Source: a bacterium
Lineage (GTDB): Bacteria > SZUA-182 > DTGQ01
Length of the DNA stretch: 48,481 nucleotides
Reading direction: 5' to 3'
NCBI GenBank assembly: GCA_049472445.1
Contig: JBLIRT010000001.1
Span: 1-48,481, forward strand
Part shown: in pieces, positions 28,113 to 38,129 of the stretch
Numbering within the stretch: position 1 is the stretch's first letter
Layout: each line of letters starts with the position of its first letter
Notes under the pieces: model-generated
Told to the model about the DNA's origin: nothing
What the model saw: only the letters and a program-made list of their open reading frames with translations
Databases searched by the model: none
Translations under genes and position numbers: made by a program

Positions 28113-30194
28113 TCAGGTATTGAGGCTCATAGGGGATGGGTCAAGCCCGTATTGCAGCATCTCCTCTGGTGTCGGAAGTGGCAGTTTTATCGTAAATATA
28201 GTCCCGGAGCCCTCTTTAGATCGCACACGAATATTTCCGTGGTGATCTTTAATAATCCCGGAGCTTATGGAGAGGCCAAGCCCGCTTCCCTTACCCACCT
28301 CTTTCGTAGTAAAAAAAGGCTCAAATATCTTCTCCTGGTATTCCTTTGGAATACCACATCCCGTATCTTTGAAGATTATGAGAATGCTTTCACGCTTCTT
28401 ATCCAATCTGGTTGAAATGGTAATAACATCTCCCAGGTCTGTGGCATCAATAGCATTAATAAGGAGATTTACGCAGACCTGCTGAATCTGACTGGCTGTT
28501 ACAATGACCGATGGAAGATTCGGAGCATAATGTTTAATCAGACGTACCCCTTTGGTCATGGTCTGCCTCTCAAACATTGAAATGGCATCTTCGATAACTG
28601 CATTGATTTCATAAAGATATTTGGGCTCTTCCTTTTGTTTGGAAAAGAAGAGAAGGCTATCAACGATCTTGCCAATACGGTCAGATACTCGTTTCATACT
28701 GGCGAAATTATGCCTTAATTCCTCATCCCTCTCATACTTTATTAAAAGTTCCTGTATCCGCCCTGAAAGAACAGCTAAGGGGTTATTAATTTCATGGGCA
28801 ACTCCAGCCGCAAACCTGCCCATAGCCGCCAGGCGGTCTGAATGGAGCATATGCTCATGGAGCTTTCTTTCCCTCTCTTCAGCCTCCTTCCTTTCGGTAA
28901 TATCCCGCACGGTATACAGGGTGATGAGTTCCCCATCCACATAAATATTGGAAGAGGAGACATCAAGGTCAATCATGGTCCCATCCTTTTTCCCTACCCT
29001 CAATTCATACCGGGGTGGGTTGGACCTACCCTGACGTTTTCTTTCCAGACGTTCCAGGAGTATATTTTTTGATTCATCATCCGGCTGAAGTATACGTAAA
29101 CTCTGCCCAATCAGTTCATGTTGCTCATAACCCAAGATCCTGCCCAGGCTCGGGTTCACATAGGTAATGATTTCTCCCTTTGAAATTCCTATACCTTCGA
29201 TTGAGTTTTCCACCAGGGCTGAAAATTTCCTCTCCCACTCTCTAATGCCTCTGGCTTGCTCCCGAGTCTTTTTTTCCAATTCATTTTCAATTGATTTGTG
29301 CTCAGTGATATCTTCCAGACAGATCAGGATGAAGCTGACCTTGCCATTACCATCCTTCAGGGGGAAAATACTGAGTCTATAATAAACTTCCGAGCCGTCA
29401 GGCATGGGTTGTCTATGTGATTGTTCAAAAAAGGGCTTACCTTCCAAAAATATTTGTTCGAATATTTTCTTCATTTTGGAATTGGCCATGCCTGGGGAAA
29501 TTTCGATGAGCTTTTTCCCCTGCACCAGGGCAAAGGGAATATGCATGATTTTTTCCATGGCTGGATTCCAAAGGCAAATTCGTAACTCTCTATCAACTAC
29601 CTGGATACCAAGGGGGACAATCTTTATGATTTCCTCATTCAATTCCCGAAGTTGACACAGATCCTGCTCCATACGTTTTTTAAGGGTTATATCCCTCAGA
29701 ATCAGCAGAACAGCCGTGGTGCCGTTTCTTTTGGGAGAGAGAACAGGTGCAGAAGTGACAGAATAGTACTGTTTATTTCCAGATAAAGAAGTGATGGAAA
29801 ATTCACCCGAATGGCTCAGGCCATCAGAAAAGGTTTGCTGGGCGATACAGCATGCCTCATCGCAACAGGAAAAGGAAGGTTCCGGTTTAAGAAACTGATA
29901 GCATTTTTCTCCTTTTTTATTTCCATAGTGCCTGGCAAACACCAGGTTATTCCAAATAATCTCAAGGCTTTTATCAACGATCATCATGAGATCGCTCATG
30001 GAATTAAGAATACCTTGCATAATTTGAGGATTAAGGCTTCCAGCCTCCGAGACTGGAGTCTTATGTTCCTTTTGACGCATGATTTTGACTTTATTCTTCC
30101 TTTTGGAATAAATTTCAGCCATAGTTAATCGAATTATTATTTTCTGTGAATTATACCAGATTTTTCTAATAAAGTTACACCATGAATTAACCAT
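28113..30194 (-). CDS. Multi-PAS sensor histidine kinase
   Basis: There are at least three PAS-like segments. The H-box is AAGVAHEINNPL. The HATPase N, G1 and G2 boxes are NLLINAIDA, DTGCGI and GSGLGLS. The start codon is uncertain (M1, M25 or M39). Confidence 0.8.
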   Translation of the reverse strand: MVNSWCNFIRKIWYNSQKIIIRLTMAEIYSKRKNKVKIMRQKEHKTPVSEAGSLNPQIMQGILNSMSDLMMIVDKSLEIIWNNLVFARHYGNKKGEKCYQFLKPEPSFSCCDEACCIAQQTFSDGLSHSGEFSITSLSGNKQYYSVTSAPVLSPKRNGTTAVLLILRDITLKKRMEQDLCQLRELNEEIIKIVPLGIQVVDRELRICLWNPAMEKIMHIPFALVQGKKLIEISPGMANSKMKKIFEQIFLEGKPFFEQSHRQPMPDGSEVYYRLSIFPLKDGNGKVSFILICLEDITEHKSIENELEKKTREQARGIREWERKFSALVENSIEGIGISKGEIITYVNPSLGRILGYEQHELIGQSLRILQPDDESKNILLERLERKRQGRSNPPRYELRVGKKDGTMIDLDVSSSNIYVDGELITLYTVRDITERKEAEERERKLHEHMLHSDRLAAMGRFAAGVAHEINNPLAVLSGRIQELLIKYERDEELRHNFASMKRVSDRIGKIVDSLLFFSKQKEEPKYLYEINAVIEDAISMFERQTMTKGVRLIKHYAPNLPSVIVTASQIQQVCVNLLINAIDATDLGDVITISTRLDKKRESILIIFKDTGCGIPKEYQEKIFEPFFTTKEVGKGSGLGLSISSGIIKDHHGNIRVRSKEGSGTIFTIKLPLPTPEEMLQYGLDPSPMSLNT

Positions 30195-30449
30195 AGTTTA
30201 ACATATTTTTAAAGAAATAACCAGAAAAGCCTGAAGGAAAAGAAATTTAAATACCGTGGGAAAGAATTATCTGAGGAATGGAACACCGGCTGGTGAAGGC
30301 AAGAAAACCGACACAAGCGCCCTCGAGGAAGACTCTTTTCACAAGTCTCCTTTTTAAAAGGATTACTTTCTGTTTGACTTTCAAAATAAGGTTTTCAAAT
30401 TCAATACATACTTGATGGTAACGTGATACTGCCTTACCTTCGATAAGGT

Positions 30450-32222
30450 TTATCCTTTGCGCTCTATGATCTTGGGAGTAATGAAAATCAATAATTCATC
30501 ATAAGATTCCTCATTTCTGTTAGCCTTAAAAAACCATCCGAGAACAGGAACACTGCCGAACCAAGGCACTTTTCGCTGACTCTTCTGCTGGCTGCGTTGA
30601 TAAAGACCTCCGATAACCGCAGTATCCCCATCCTTGACGATCAATTTGGTTGTAGCTGTCCTGGTGGTTATAGCCGGAACGCCATTTACCGTTTGAGCCC
30701 AGTTTGGTTCACTTTTATCAGCTTCTATTTCAAGAGTGATATAGTTGTTAGGAGTGATGTGTGGAGTGACCCCCAGTTTGATGACCGCGTCCACGAAGTT
30801 GGTGGTTGGATTTCCTTCTTTATCCACGGCAGGATAAGGAATCTGAGCCCCACTCCTTATCACTGCTGTCTCATTATCCAGAGTAGCAATCCGCGGATTG
30901 GAAATGATCCTGCCCTTGCCCTGGGACTCCATGGAATCGAGCTCCAGATTTAATTGTACCATATTGTTGATATGGCCCAAGTTGAGTCCAATGCCTCCAA
31001 AGACATCACCTGCATTGGGAAGATTGACTGCATAGATACCACCTCTGATTCCCGTGACATCGATGGTATTGGGGAACCGGTGACTGGTTTGCTTTTGATA
31101 GGCACCGCCCCACCTGATACCTAATTCCTTTGAATAACCTTTGGTAGTTTCAACTATTCGCGTTTCAATCATAACCTGGGGAGTTTCTCTGTCCAATTCA
31201 GCCAGAACCGTTTTAATTTTCTTGATATTTTCAGGTAAGTCTTTGATGATCAAAGAATTAGTCCGCTCGTCGACTACCATGGAAGGCGGCTCCGATAAAC
31301 CCTCAGGACTGCTGAGCATAGGCGTAAGCTGATCTTTGAGTTTGCTGGCTTGAGAATAGTTAATAGAAACGATCTCCGTTACTGGTGGGAGGGTTTTCTT
31401 TTCAGCCTGCTCAGTCATTTGCTTGGCTTGAATAGCTTTAAGGGCGGCCTCTTCTTCCTGAGTAAAGGTTTTCTGGTTTCCAACGCGGATAATGTTTCCT
31501 TCCATTTTCATGGCCAGACGATTGGTCTTCAAAACGATTTCCAGGGCTTGATCCCAAGGTACCGGCTTGTGAAGGGTAATGTTAACCTTTCCCTTCACAT
31601 CTGGATCAATAACAAGGTTACGATTACTGATTTCGGCAATAAGCCTCAACACTGATCGGATATCAGCATCCTGAAAATCCAAAGATATGGGCTTTCCGTT
31701 ATAAGATTTTTTGAGGACAGATGAGGGAGCCTCATCTTTTTGTTTGGTATACTGGGTCTGATTGATATACCGGATTTGATCAAATTTGACCGGAGCAGGC
31801 TGAGCTGACCGAACAATATCCCGATTGAGAATAATATCTTCCGAATCGACTTGATCACTGGCCGCAGGGCTGGCTACCGGCTCCGTGATCTGAGGATCAG
31901 TCGATGGCTCCGTAATTTCAGGGTTAGCCGATGGCTCCGTGATCTGAGGATCGAGCACAAAGCTTTCATTTGCCTCTGAATCCCCGGGGGCTATATTTTG
32001 GTTAGGATCTGAAAGCCCGGCAGCCATATCCTGGTTAGGATCTGAAAGCCCGAGGGCTATATTTTGGTTGGGATCAGATGGAACCTTCTGGATTTCTAAG
32101 ATCGGCTTTATCTGAGCATTCTTAGAACTGCTCAGGCAAGCGCTTGTCTGCCAGGCTACGATGGAAATCAAGGTTATTTTCGATAGAGTTGCTAACCAGT
32201 CACGATACTTTCTGGAAACCAT
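30450..32222 (-). CDS. pilQ: Type IV pilus secretin PilQ
   Basis: It has a lipoprotein-like signal (AWQTSAC). Secretin N domains are present (ISLDFQDADIRSVLRLIAEISNRNLVID). The C-terminal secretin core has VPWFGSVPVLGWFF and ELLIFITPKI. It is the last gene of pilMNOPQ. Confidence 0.85.
   Translation of the reverse strand: MVSRKYRDWLATLSKITLISIVAWQTSACLSSSKNAQIKPILEIQKVPSDPNQNIALGLSDPNQDMAAGLSDPNQNIAPGDSEANESFVLDPQITEPSANPEITEPSTDPQITEPVASPAASDQVDSEDIILNRDIVRSAQPAPVKFDQIRYINQTQYTKQKDEAPSSVLKKSYNGKPISLDFQDADIRSVLRLIAEISNRNLVIDPDVKGKVNITLHKPVPWDQALEIVLKTNRLAMKMEGNIIRVGNQKTFTQEEEAALKAIQAKQMTEQAEKKTLPPVTEIVSINYSQASKLKDQLTPMLSSPEGLSEPPSMVVDERTNSLIIKDLPENIKKIKTVLAELDRETPQVMIETRIVETTKGYSKELGIRWGGAYQKQTSHRFPNTIDVTGIRGGIYAVNLPNAGDVFGGIGLNLGHINNMVQLNLELDSMESQGKGRIISNPRIATLDNETAVIRSGAQIPYPAVDKEGNPTTNFVDAVIKLGVTPHITPNNYITLEIEADKSEPNWAQTVNGVPAITTRTATTKLIVKDGDTAVIGGLYQRSQQKSQRKVPWFGSVPVLGWFFKANRNEESYDELLIFITPKIIERKG
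31866..32078 (-). repeat. In-frame tandem repeats in the PilQ N-terminal linker
   Basis: The protein has 3x SDPNQ(N/D)(I/M)A(L/A/P)G(L/D) followed by 3x (D/N)P(Q/E)ITEP(S/V)(A/T). Near-identical ~33-nt units are visible in the DNA, for example cgatggctccgtgatctgaggatc. Confidence 0.8.
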
Positions 32223-32284
32223 TCTCTCCCCCTCTATCAGTTTTCACTGAAAATCAGTTCAACTGCTGCTTTTCGATTTGACTC

Positions 32285-32938
32285 CTATTGAGCTCCCTCT
32301 TCTTTATGGAGTCTCATATCTATTTGTTGATTTTGTGTTTTCCCCAGGTAATCAGTAACAACATTCTGCACGACAACCTTTTCCTCCGCAATCTCAGTGA
32401 TCTTCCCCCTCAACCTGCCAATCTCCTCACCCTTTTTGATCACGTAACACTTCCCGTCCGGTGTCTCCACCACGGCTGATCTGCCCAAACCACCCCAGAC
32501 GATGCCTACCAGTTTGAATTCAGAAAGGGCATATTTTAAGAGTGGAGAGGCAGGGACCTCTGATGCCGCTTTGGACACAAAAAGTGGAGATTTGAAGGGA
32601 TCTCTTCTCTTTGCGGCTATTCCCATATCCGTGGCCGATATCCCTGTACCTGCTGCTGACATGTCGCCAGGCGTAGCCGCTATTCCTACATTCGTTGCCG
32701 GCACATCATCAGGCATGGACGGTATTCCTGTACCCGCTGCCAACACACCACCAGGCATGGACGGTATTCCTGTATCCGCTGACGGCACATCGCCAGGCGT
32801 AGCCGTTATTCCTGCCTTTGCTGCCGGCACGCTGCCAGGTATGGGCGGTATTCCTGTATCCGCTGACGACACGCCGAAAATGAAAGGGAGAAAGGCGAAG
32901 ATAAGGAGAAATGTTCTACTCTTTTTTACCCTTTCCAT
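32285..32938 (-). CDS. pilP: Type IV pilus assembly protein PilP with a repeat-rich N-terminal linker
   Basis: It has a signal peptide. The C-terminal PilP beta-domain is LSEFKLVGIVWGGLGRSAVVETPDGKCYVIKKGEEIG...KVVV. It sits between pilO and pilQ. Confidence 0.7.
   Translation of the reverse strand: MERVKKSRTFLLIFAFLPFIFGVSSADTGIPPIPGSVPAAKAGITATPGDVPSADTGIPSMPGGVLAAGTGIPSMPDDVPATNVGIAATPGDMSAAGTGISATDMGIAAKRRDPFKSPLFVSKAASEVPASPLLKYALSEFKLVGIVWGGLGRSAVVETPDGKCYVIKKGEEIGRLRGKITEIAEEKVVVQNVVTDYLGKTQNQQIDMRLHKEEGAQ
32609..32860 (-). repeat. In-frame tandem ~13-aa repeats in the PilP linker
   Basis: There are about six imperfect units of the type (A/T)GI(P/T/A)(S/A)(M/T)PG(G/D)V(P/L)(A/S)A, with corresponding ~39-nt DNA repeats such as ggcatggacggtattcctgta(c/t)ccgctg. 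Confidence 0.75.
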
Positions 32939-33539
32939 CTTTTTTTTCTCCCGCTGTTTGAGGATTATTTGGTTGGAATCGATAGGTAGTGGCCAAACAT
33001 GTGGTTTGAAGAAAAATGCGATCTTCTTCTATCCTGGGGTTTCTCATTTCAATATCACCAATATTGACAATGCGGTCCAGGGCACTGATGGAATCGAAGA
33101 AGTCGGTGACGTTCCAATAGGAACCCCGTACTTTGATGCTGATAGGTAATTCACAATAAAAGTCTCGTTGACTTTCCTTTTGCGGCTGGAAAAGTTCAAA
33201 TTCGAGCCCGCTATGATTGCCCAGATCTGATATTTTGGTCAACAACGATGGAATCTCTTTCTCTGTAGGCAGTTGTGCCTGGGCCAGAAGTAATTCCTCT
33301 CGCACCTTTTCAACCTCTGTTTTAAAAGAATCTATATCTTTACAGACTTTTAAATTTTCCTGAAGCGCTTTTTTCTGTTTCTCGAGTTCCCTTTTCAGAG
33401 AGGTGATTCGGCCCAGTTGAGGTTTGAGGAAGGTATAGCCCCAAACAACGGAAAATACGATACCTATGACCAGGAGCAGAAGAATCTTTTGGGGTGTTGG
33501 AACAGAAGCTAATTTTTTATTAATCTCCTTAAGACTCAT
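32916..33539 (-). CDS. pilO: Type IV pilus assembly protein PilO
   Basis: It has a single N-terminal TM helix, a coiled coil, then a ferredoxin-like C-domain. It lies between pilN and pilP and overlaps pilP by 23 nt. Confidence 0.75.
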   Translation of the reverse strand: MSLKEINKKLASVPTPQKILLLLVIGIVFSVVWGYTFLKPQLGRITSLKRELEKQKKALQENLKVCKDIDSFKTEVEKVREELLLAQAQLPTEKEIPSLLTKISDLGNHSGLEFELFQPQKESQRDFYCELPISIKVRGSYWNVTDFFDSISALDRIVNIGDIEMRNPRIEEDRIFLQTTCLATTYRFQPNNPQTAGEKKDGKGKKE

Positions 33540-34105
33540 GATTCCCCCTTCTGTCCTTGATCGGGCACTGATTGAGTGAGATGGCAGGTAATTTTAAATT
33601 GCTTGATCTTTTGCTTATCACTCGCCGCTTGGCTTACCCTGTCCAATTCAATCTGGGAAAGCATGGCTATGCTCTCCAGATTTTTCATGAACTGCGCTAT
33701 ACTCGTAGCCGTTAAAGACATTCCCTCCATGGTGATTTGGTTACTTCTGCTTATCAGAGAGGTGAGCCAAACCTTTTCTGGAATGGACTGGGAAATGCCC
33801 TGGAGAATAGTTATCGGGCCTTTTTGTTTGGCTTTCATATCAGCGATAAGTCCAAGCTTTTGCTCCAGGTCTTTTTTATCTTTTTTAAGCTTATCAATCT
33901 CGCTGATGGTAACTTTAGAGCTATCGATCTGCTTCTTGATTTCGGTCAGCTGTCGCTGGAGATTGCTAACTCTTGATTTGCATCTGCCGGAGGCGAATAT
34001 CCCCGCACCAAAGAGCAAGATGATGAAGATGATGCCAACCATCAAATCCTGACCAATTAAAGCGGCGGCCTTTCTCTTTCTGGGTAGTAAATTTATTTTA
34101 ATCAA
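33536..34105 (-). CDS. pilN: Type IV pilus assembly protein PilN
   Basis: MIKINLLP is the conserved PilN N-terminus that binds PilM, followed by a TM helix and a coiled coil. It is translationally coupled to pilM and pilO by 4-nt overlaps. Confidence 0.75.
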   Translation of the reverse strand: MIKINLLPRKRKAAALIGQDLMVGIIFIILLFGAGIFASGRCKSRVSNLQRQLTEIKKQIDSSKVTISEIDKLKKDKKDLEQKLGLIADMKAKQKGPITILQGISQSIPEKVWLTSLISRSNQITMEGMSLTATSIAQFMKNLESIAMLSQIELDRVSQAASDKQKIKQFKITCHLTQSVPDQGQKGES

Positions 34106-35163
34106 CGGTCGTCCACCTTTCGTAAAGCTAATCCAATGACTACACCCATCATGGGTGCAATTTCAGCCAGCCAATTGGAATCAAATTGACTCGGATTAAT
34201 CTGTAGGTTTTGAAACGGATTATTTTTTTCAACTTCCAACTCAAACCGCTGGGCCAGCACCTGGTCGATTTTTCCGATTTTAGAGGTTCCTCCACTTAAT
34301 AACATCCTCGCAATCGGGGTGTCATCAGCCGTAGCCCGGAAATAATCGAAAGACCTTTGAATCTCGGAGAGGATCTCTTCATAAAAGCTCTCCTGTAATG
34401 GAGTAAGCTGATCCTCTGTGAGGCCCAGAGGTATTTCACCTGATTTTAGTTTTTCTATTTCGTCAGCATCCAGGCCAAGGTTATTCTGTAATACTTTAAA
34501 ATAGTTATTTCCTCCGAGTGAAGCATCACGGGTAAAAATGGTTTCTCCTTCCCAGAGAATGTTCATATTCATGGTATCGGCACCGATATCGAGGAGGACA
34601 ACATAATGTTCCATATCCCTGGGATAATTAACTTCATACTGATTTTCCAGGGCAAATACATCAATATCAACGACTGCCGGAACAAGACCAGCCTCGTGAA
34701 TGAGCGAGACGATATCCTGAATACGCTCCTTCTTGACAGCAACTAAAAGGATATCCATCTGCCCTTCCACTTTTGACTTGGCATTATTCATAATCTGGAA
34801 ATCGAGATTAACATCGTTTATATCAAAAGGAATGTATTGTTCAGCTTCATAGAGGATAGTCTCCATAAGCTCATCTTCATCCATCTCGGGCAGCCTGATT
34901 CTCTTCACGATCACCGACCGGCCGGATATGGAAGTGGCTACCTGTTTGGTCGTTATTTTCTGCTCCCGCAGCAATTCCTTTATAGCTTCAATAATGGCCT
35001 TTCTGTCAAGGATCTCATCCTCCGAGATGGTTCCCGGCGGCAGAGATTTTATACCTGCTTTTATCAATTCATAGCCCTTGGAATTCCTCTTCAACTGAGC
35101 GACCTTGAGGGAATTAGTCCCGATATCAAGCCCGATTACATCCTGTTTTTTGAAAAGACCCAT
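34102..35163 (-). CDS. pilM: Type IV pilus assembly ATPase-like protein PilM (actin/FtsA fold)
   Basis: GLDIGTNSLKVAQL, VLLDIGADTMNMNI and LLSGGTSKIGKI are actin-like phosphate and adenosine motifs. It is the first gene of the pil operon. Confidence 0.9.
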   Translation of the reverse strand: MGLFKKQDVIGLDIGTNSLKVAQLKRNSKGYELIKAGIKSLPPGTISEDEILDRKAIIEAIKELLREQKITTKQVATSISGRSVIVKRIRLPEMDEDELMETILYEAEQYIPFDINDVNLDFQIMNNAKSKVEGQMDILLVAVKKERIQDIVSLIHEAGLVPAVVDIDVFALENQYEVNYPRDMEHYVVLLDIGADTMNMNILWEGETIFTRDASLGGNNYFKVLQNNLGLDADEIEKLKSGEIPLGLTEDQLTPLQESFYEEILSEIQRSFDYFRATADDTPIARMLLSGGTSKIGKIDQVLAQRFELEVEKNNPFQNLQINPSQFDSNWLAEIAPMMGVVIGLALRKVDDR

Positions 35164-35409
35164 CTCGAAGATTCCTTATTCATTTCCTGAAAGTTTGCCG
35201 GCCATATTCCCCCTGGATTTTCCGGATTTGGCTCCGTTGACCAAAATGATATGAAATTTATTTTTGAATAACTAAAGGACATGGCCATACATTATGGTTG
35301 CTGATGAATTATTCGGCATCCACAGGTTAGTTCATCGGAGAAAAATAATAAGCCCTGGTTCTCAAAAAAACCATTACCTGAGGCTGTTACCTTTTGTATA
35401 GAGATCACC

Positions 35410-37320
35410 TCAGTCTGTAGAGGATGTTTTTTGAAAGACTTTTTGAAACCACATCTGGAACATAAAGAGCGTCCATAACTGCTTCCGGTTATCAGCCCGT
35501 CCCTCCCAATGATCCTGGAGAAGCTGATGAATGAAGCCGGGGTTAAAGATACCCTGAGCTTCAATACTGTCCCGGGCAAAGGTTGCGGCCAGGAGAGATC
35601 TCAGATCAGTATGAATCCATTGAGCCAGGGGAATACCGAATCCTTTTTTGGACCGGTGGATAATTGATTGGGGAAGGAATCGCCTGGCGCTTCGTTTCAA
35701 AATGTACTTCGTTTGAAACCTTCGCAGCTTGAGGTGGTGAGGAAGCCTCGTGGCGAAGTCAACAAACTCGTGATCCAGGAATGGAACCCGGACTTCCAGA
35801 GCGTTGGCCATACTGGCCCGATCAACCTTGAGTAAGAGATCCTCCTGCAGATACAGTTTCATATCCAGATAGAGAATGGCATCCAGCCAATTTTCTACGG
35901 GAGCAGAACGTAAAAAATCATGAATGATTGAAAATTCATCATGATGCTGGATGGCTTGCCGGAAATCCGGTTGTAAAAGGGATTTTTTTTCTTCAGGCGT
36001 AAATGAGCCCATCCAGACATAATTACGGATACCAGCGGGATAATTGATGCCCGAAATAAATTTTTTCGCTCTGAAATCAAAGCTGAAATTTTCAGGAGAG
36101 ACAGGGAGCCTGCGCACGACTTTTTCAATGATACCCTGGCGAAGCAGACGGGGAAACAGAGTGTATACCTTGGCTAGTCTATGCGCCTGGTAGGTGTAAT
36201 AACCGGCAAACAGCTCATCCCCCCCATCACCGCTCAGAGCTACGGTCACATAGCGCCGACAGAATTGGCAAAGCAGATAGGTAGGCAGGATAGAGGCATC
36301 TCCCAGTGGCTCGTCTAAATTTTCAGCCACCCTGGGAAGAATATCCAACAAAGTGGAAGTGTCGAACTGGTGGTGGCGGTGATTGATCTTTACATGATCA
36401 GCTACCGTGTGAGCAAAGATGGATTCATCAAATGATTTCTCCCGGAAACCAATATGAAAGCTATCCACTCTACCCTGATCAAGCTTTTTCATAAGAGATA
36501 CAATCATACTGGAATCAATGCCTCCACTCAGGAAGGATCCTAAGGGAACATCGCTGATCAGCCTCCGTTGAACAGAACGGGTAAGTTTCTCAAGGAGCAT
36601 CTCCTGGTATTCGTCCTCGCCGGACAGGTTGATCTTAGAACGATATTCAAAATTCCAGTACTGCTGATGGTGAACTTCACCCTGATTGTTAACAACCAGG
36701 AAATGGCCCGGCGGCAGCTTTTGAATGGATTGGAAGATTGTTTCCGGTGAAGGAATATATTCATACGTCAGATAGAGATTTACCGCCTTGGGGTTTATAG
36801 CTCGATAAAATCCGGGGTATTGGAGAATCGCCTTGATTTCGGAAGCGAAGATGAAGGTTTGGTTCATGCTGGCAAAATGTAAAGGCTTGATGCCGATACG
36901 ATCTCTGGCCAGGAAAAGCTTCTGGGTCAGGGTATCCCAGATAGCAAAGGCAAACATACCATTTAACCGGTCGAGGCAATGTACTCCTTCATCCTCATAA
37001 AGATGGACAAGCACTTCAGAGTCAGAACCGGTCTTAAAGCGGTGTCCTCTCTCCTGTAATTCATCTCGCAGCTCTCGAAAGTTATAGATTTCACCATTAG
37101 CAACGACCCACATGGTCTGATGCTCATTAGAAATTGGCTGGTGACCGGTACAAAGATCGATAATGCTCAATCTGCGCATGCCCAGAGCCACCTTCGAATC
37201 AGTGTAGGTCCCTTTATCATCAGGCCCCCGATGTTCCATGGACTGGCACATCCTATGAATAATCCGGCCAGTCTCCCCGGCGGGGAGGTTATAATTGAGA
37301 AAGCCACATATTCCACACAT
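35410..37320 (-). CDS. asnB: Asparagine synthase (glutamine-hydrolysing)
   Basis: MCGICGF is the Ntn nucleophile Cys2. The GATase-II domain is followed by the PP-loop SFLSGGIDSS. Confidence 0.9.
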   Translation of the reverse strand: MCGICGFLNYNLPAGETGRIIHRMCQSMEHRGPDDKGTYTDSKVALGMRRLSIIDLCTGHQPISNEHQTMWVVANGEIYNFRELRDELQERGHRFKTGSDSEVLVHLYEDEGVHCLDRLNGMFAFAIWDTLTQKLFLARDRIGIKPLHFASMNQTFIFASEIKAILQYPGFYRAINPKAVNLYLTYEYIPSPETIFQSIQKLPPGHFLVVNNQGEVHHQQYWNFEYRSKINLSGEDEYQEMLLEKLTRSVQRRLISDVPLGSFLSGGIDSSMIVSLMKKLDQGRVDSFHIGFREKSFDESIFAHTVADHVKINHRHHQFDTSTLLDILPRVAENLDEPLGDASILPTYLLCQFCRRYVTVALSGDGGDELFAGYYTYQAHRLAKVYTLFPRLLRQGIIEKVVRRLPVSPENFSFDFRAKKFISGINYPAGIRNYVWMGSFTPEEKKSLLQPDFRQAIQHHDEFSIIHDFLRSAPVENWLDAILYLDMKLYLQEDLLLKVDRASMANALEVRVPFLDHEFVDFATRLPHHLKLRRFQTKYILKRSARRFLPQSIIHRSKKGFGIPLAQWIHTDLRSLLAATFARDSIEAQGIFNPGFIHQLLQDHWEGRADNRKQLWTLFMFQMWFQKVFQKTSSTD

Positions 37321-37389
37321 TCCTTGTTTATTACCTCACTGATACTGAAAAGCGAGTTTGTTTCAGGGCCTCTTGACAAGGATGTCAGC

Positions 37390-38124
37390 TTAATACCTCA
37401 CCGATACCAGAAAAAGGCCGTTCGGCGGCACTGATCCTCCACTGAGGCGTTTATCACGAGTTTTCAGGATGTCCGGGATAGCGTCAATGGGCATTTTCCC
37501 CTTTCCCACCTCAAGCATAGTCCCGACTATCCTGCGCACCATCCTATGCAGGAAGCCATTACCTTCCAGGATGATAGTCAAAAAATCTCCCTCTTGTATG
37601 AGCTCCGCCCTGGTAATGGTTCGAACAGTATTTTCCTTATCCTCAGAGGCAACACTCAGGGAGTAGAAATCATGGGTTCCGACGAAATGAGACAGTGCCT
37701 CCCGCATATGATCAAGATCGAGAGAAATCGGGACAAAAAGAGAATATCTGCGGTAAAATGGAGACCTGACAGGATGGTTGAAAATATAGTAGCGATATTC
37801 TTTCCCTTTGGCACCAAATTGAGCGTGAAAGTCAGGAGAGACTTCCTCAATCTTACGAATGACAATATCACGGGGCAGCGTGGCATTGAGGGCACGACCT
37901 ATAACCTTTACCTCCATAGCACTGGATGTTCGAAAATGGGCTGCCTGTCCCTTGGCGTGAACTCCGGCATCGGTTCTGCCGGCACCATAAACCTCAACCG
38001 GATGTCCCAGAATCCGGGCCAGATGTTTTTGCAGGAGGCCTTGTATGGTGGGAAGTCCAGGTTGTATCTGCCAGCCATGATAGGGGGTGCCGTCATAGGC
38101 AACAATCAGCTTAAAGGTGGGCAT
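37390..38124 (-). CDS. truA: tRNA pseudouridine(38-40) synthase TruA
   Basis: VAYDGTPYHGWQIQ and the catalytic Asp motif GAGRTDAGVHA are present. Confidence 0.9.
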   Translation of the reverse strand: MPTFKLIVAYDGTPYHGWQIQPGLPTIQGLLQKHLARILGHPVEVYGAGRTDAGVHAKGQAAHFRTSSAMEVKVIGRALNATLPRDIVIRKIEEVSPDFHAQFGAKGKEYRYYIFNHPVRSPFYRRYSLFVPISLDLDHMREALSHFVGTHDFYSLSVASEDKENTVRTITRAELIQEGDFLTIILEGNGFLHRMVRRIVGTMLEVGKGKMPIDAIPDILKTRDKRLSGGSVPPNGLFLVSVRY

Positions 38125-38129
38125 AGGAG

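Noticed and set aside
32502-33149. 215-aa ORF on the plus strand across pilP/pilO
   Set aside because: It is the mirror image of the PilP tandem repeats, translating as a repetitive PGMDGIPV pattern, and is antisense to well-supported pil genes. It is an artefact of repeat periodicity.
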